The position numbers were made by a program, and so were the translations under genes. A stretch of DNA of 29,631 bases. Source: Candidatus Bipolaricaulota bacterium. GTDB taxonomy: Bacteria > Bipolaricaulota > Bipolaricaulia > Bipolaricaulales > Bipolaricaulaceae. Numbering within the stretch: the stretch's first letter is position 1; the number at the start of each line of letters is the position of its first letter. Under the pieces are notes generated by a model. It worked only from the letters and a program-made list of their open reading frames with translations. It was not told where the DNA came from and did no database searches. Positions 28,585 through 29,631 of this stretch are shown here, piece after piece. The stretch spans positions 1-29,631 of the forward strand of contig DQVA01000215.1 of NCBI GenBank assembly GCA_015661965.1. Direction: 5' to 3'.

Positions 28585-28967
28585 GGGAGGGGCGCAAGGC
28601 AATTGTCCCAGCGGGGGCGCAGACGGTGGGGCCCTATTCCCCGGCGATCCGCGCCGGGGATTTTTTGTTCGTCTCCGGGCAGATCCCGGTGGGCGAGTTC
28701 GGGGAGCTGGTGGACGGCGGGATCGAGGAGCAGGCGCGGCAGTGCATGGAGAACCTGCGGACGGTACTCGCGGCCGCCGGGGCCTCGTTCCCCGATCTGG
28801 TGAAGGTGACGATCTACCTCACCGACATGCGGGACTTCCCCGTGGTAAACCGGGTGTATGGGAGCTATTTCGACCTCGAGCCTCCGGCCCGGGCCTGTAT
28901 ACAGGTGGAGGCTTTACCCAAGGGGGCCCGCATCGAGATCGAGGCCATCGCCTACCTGGGCAAGTAA
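28581..28967 (+). CDS. ridA: RidA family reactive intermediate/imine deaminase (YjgF/YER057c/UK114)
   Basis: GPYSPA, VSGQIP, VKVTIYL, N..Y..YF...PAR.C..V..LPKG..IEIEAIA; catalytic Arg present. Confidence 0.93.
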   Translation: MREGRKAIVPAGAQTVGPYSPAIRAGDFLFVSGQIPVGEFGELVDGGIEEQARQCMENLRTVLAAAGASFPDLVKVTIYLTDMRDFPVVNRVYGSYFDLEPPARACIQVEALPKGARIEIEAIAYLGK

Positions 28968-29096
28968 CCCCCCTCTTCTCACATCCTACTTAAGAGATCC
29001 GCGGGCCTTGGCGTCGCGGCTATCCCGCCTCCGCTGGCACACGCTCCGGAAAGGATATTCGCACGGGAACCCCGCCTCGCGGTGGGGATGGCCGCT

Positions 29097-29102
29097 TATA
29101 AT
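29097..29102 (+). promoter_or_regulatory. Consensus -10 TATAAT upstream of rtcB, no recognisable -35
   Basis: Exact TATAAT 51 nt before the ATG, in high-GC intergenic DNA. Confidence 0.6.
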
Positions 29103-29153
29103 CGGAAACCGAGGGGCGCACAGCACGGCCCCTCCCGGGAAAGGGGGCAGGCG

Positions 29154-29631
29154 ATGGAACTAAAGAAGGTGAGCGATTGGGAGTGGGAACTTCCTAAGTC
29201 CGGGGACATGCGGGTCCCCGGGTGGATATTCGCCTCGGAGGAGATCCTGCGGCCCCTCCTCGACGTGAAGGGGCACGAGTGGAACGCCCTGGAGCAGGTG
29301 CGAAACGTGGCCTCGCTCCCCGGGATTGTGAAAGCCTCCATCGCCATGCCGGACGTGCATCCCGGCTATGACTTCCCCATCGGCGGGGTGGCTGCCTTCG
29401 ACCCCGCGGAGGGCGTGGTGGCCATGGGGGGCGTGGGGTTTGACATCAACTGCGGCGTGCGGGTGCTGGCCACCCCCTTGTCCCGGGAGGACGTTGAGGC
29501 CAAAAAGGAAGAGATAGCGGACCGGCTGTTCTCCCATGTGCCGGCCGGCTTGGGCTCCACCGGCAAGCTCAAGCTCACCGAGCGGGGCATCGACCAGGTG
29601 CTGGTGAAGGGGGCTTACTTCGCCCTGGAGC
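29154..29631 (+). CDS. rtcB: RtcB RNA ligase (3'-phosphate/5'-OH), 5' part only, runs off the right edge (not in the ORF track)
   Basis: Manual translation: MELKKVSDWEWELPKSGDMRVPG...QVRNVASLPGIV...MPDVHPGYDFPIGGVAA...GGVGFDINCGVR; SD AGGGGG. Confidence 0.95.
   Translation, partial: MELKKVSDWEWELPKSGDMRVPGWIFASEEILRPLLDVKGHEWNALEQVRNVASLPGIVKASIAMPDVHPGYDFPIGGVAAFDPAEGVVAMGGVGFDINCGVRVLATPLSREDVEAKKEEIADRLFSHVPAGLGSTGKLKLTERGIDQVLVKGAYFALE

Noticed and set aside
29035-29050. TGGCAC upstream of rtcB as a sigma54 -24 box
   Set aside because: The -12 position reads CCGGA instead of TTGCW, so the invariant GC is missing.

Overview
High-GC bacterial chromosome segment, mostly housekeeping. Bases 1-6.2 kb hold a frameshifted REP-associated tyrosine transposase (RAYT) remnant running off the left edge, an EamA/DMT transporter, a CCA-adding enzyme with HD domain, an orphan HerA/DUF87 ATPase with coiled coil and putative wHTH, long HPF followed by a degenerate PP-loop tRNA-thiolase-like gene, and an FmdB-type Zn-ribbon gene. 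Then comes a 1649-aa rpoC with no rpoB upstream, followed by the str-S10-spc-alpha superoperon (rpsL to rplQ). That block lacks tuf and rpmD and has a divergent EF-G, a uS7 with an atypical N-terminus and a uS11 missing its conserved C-terminal tail. The window ends with ridA and the 5' part of rtcB. Several sigma70-type promoters are visible, including two buried as AT-rich rare-codon patches inside fusA and map, and several -10 boxes sit directly before SD-less start codons. I found no rRNA, tRNA or CRISPR array. A deep-branching, possibly thermophilic lineage such as Ca. Bipolaricaulota (Acetothermia) is my guess by inference only; I ran no search. Statements about conserved residues come from recalled family consensus and need alignment checks.
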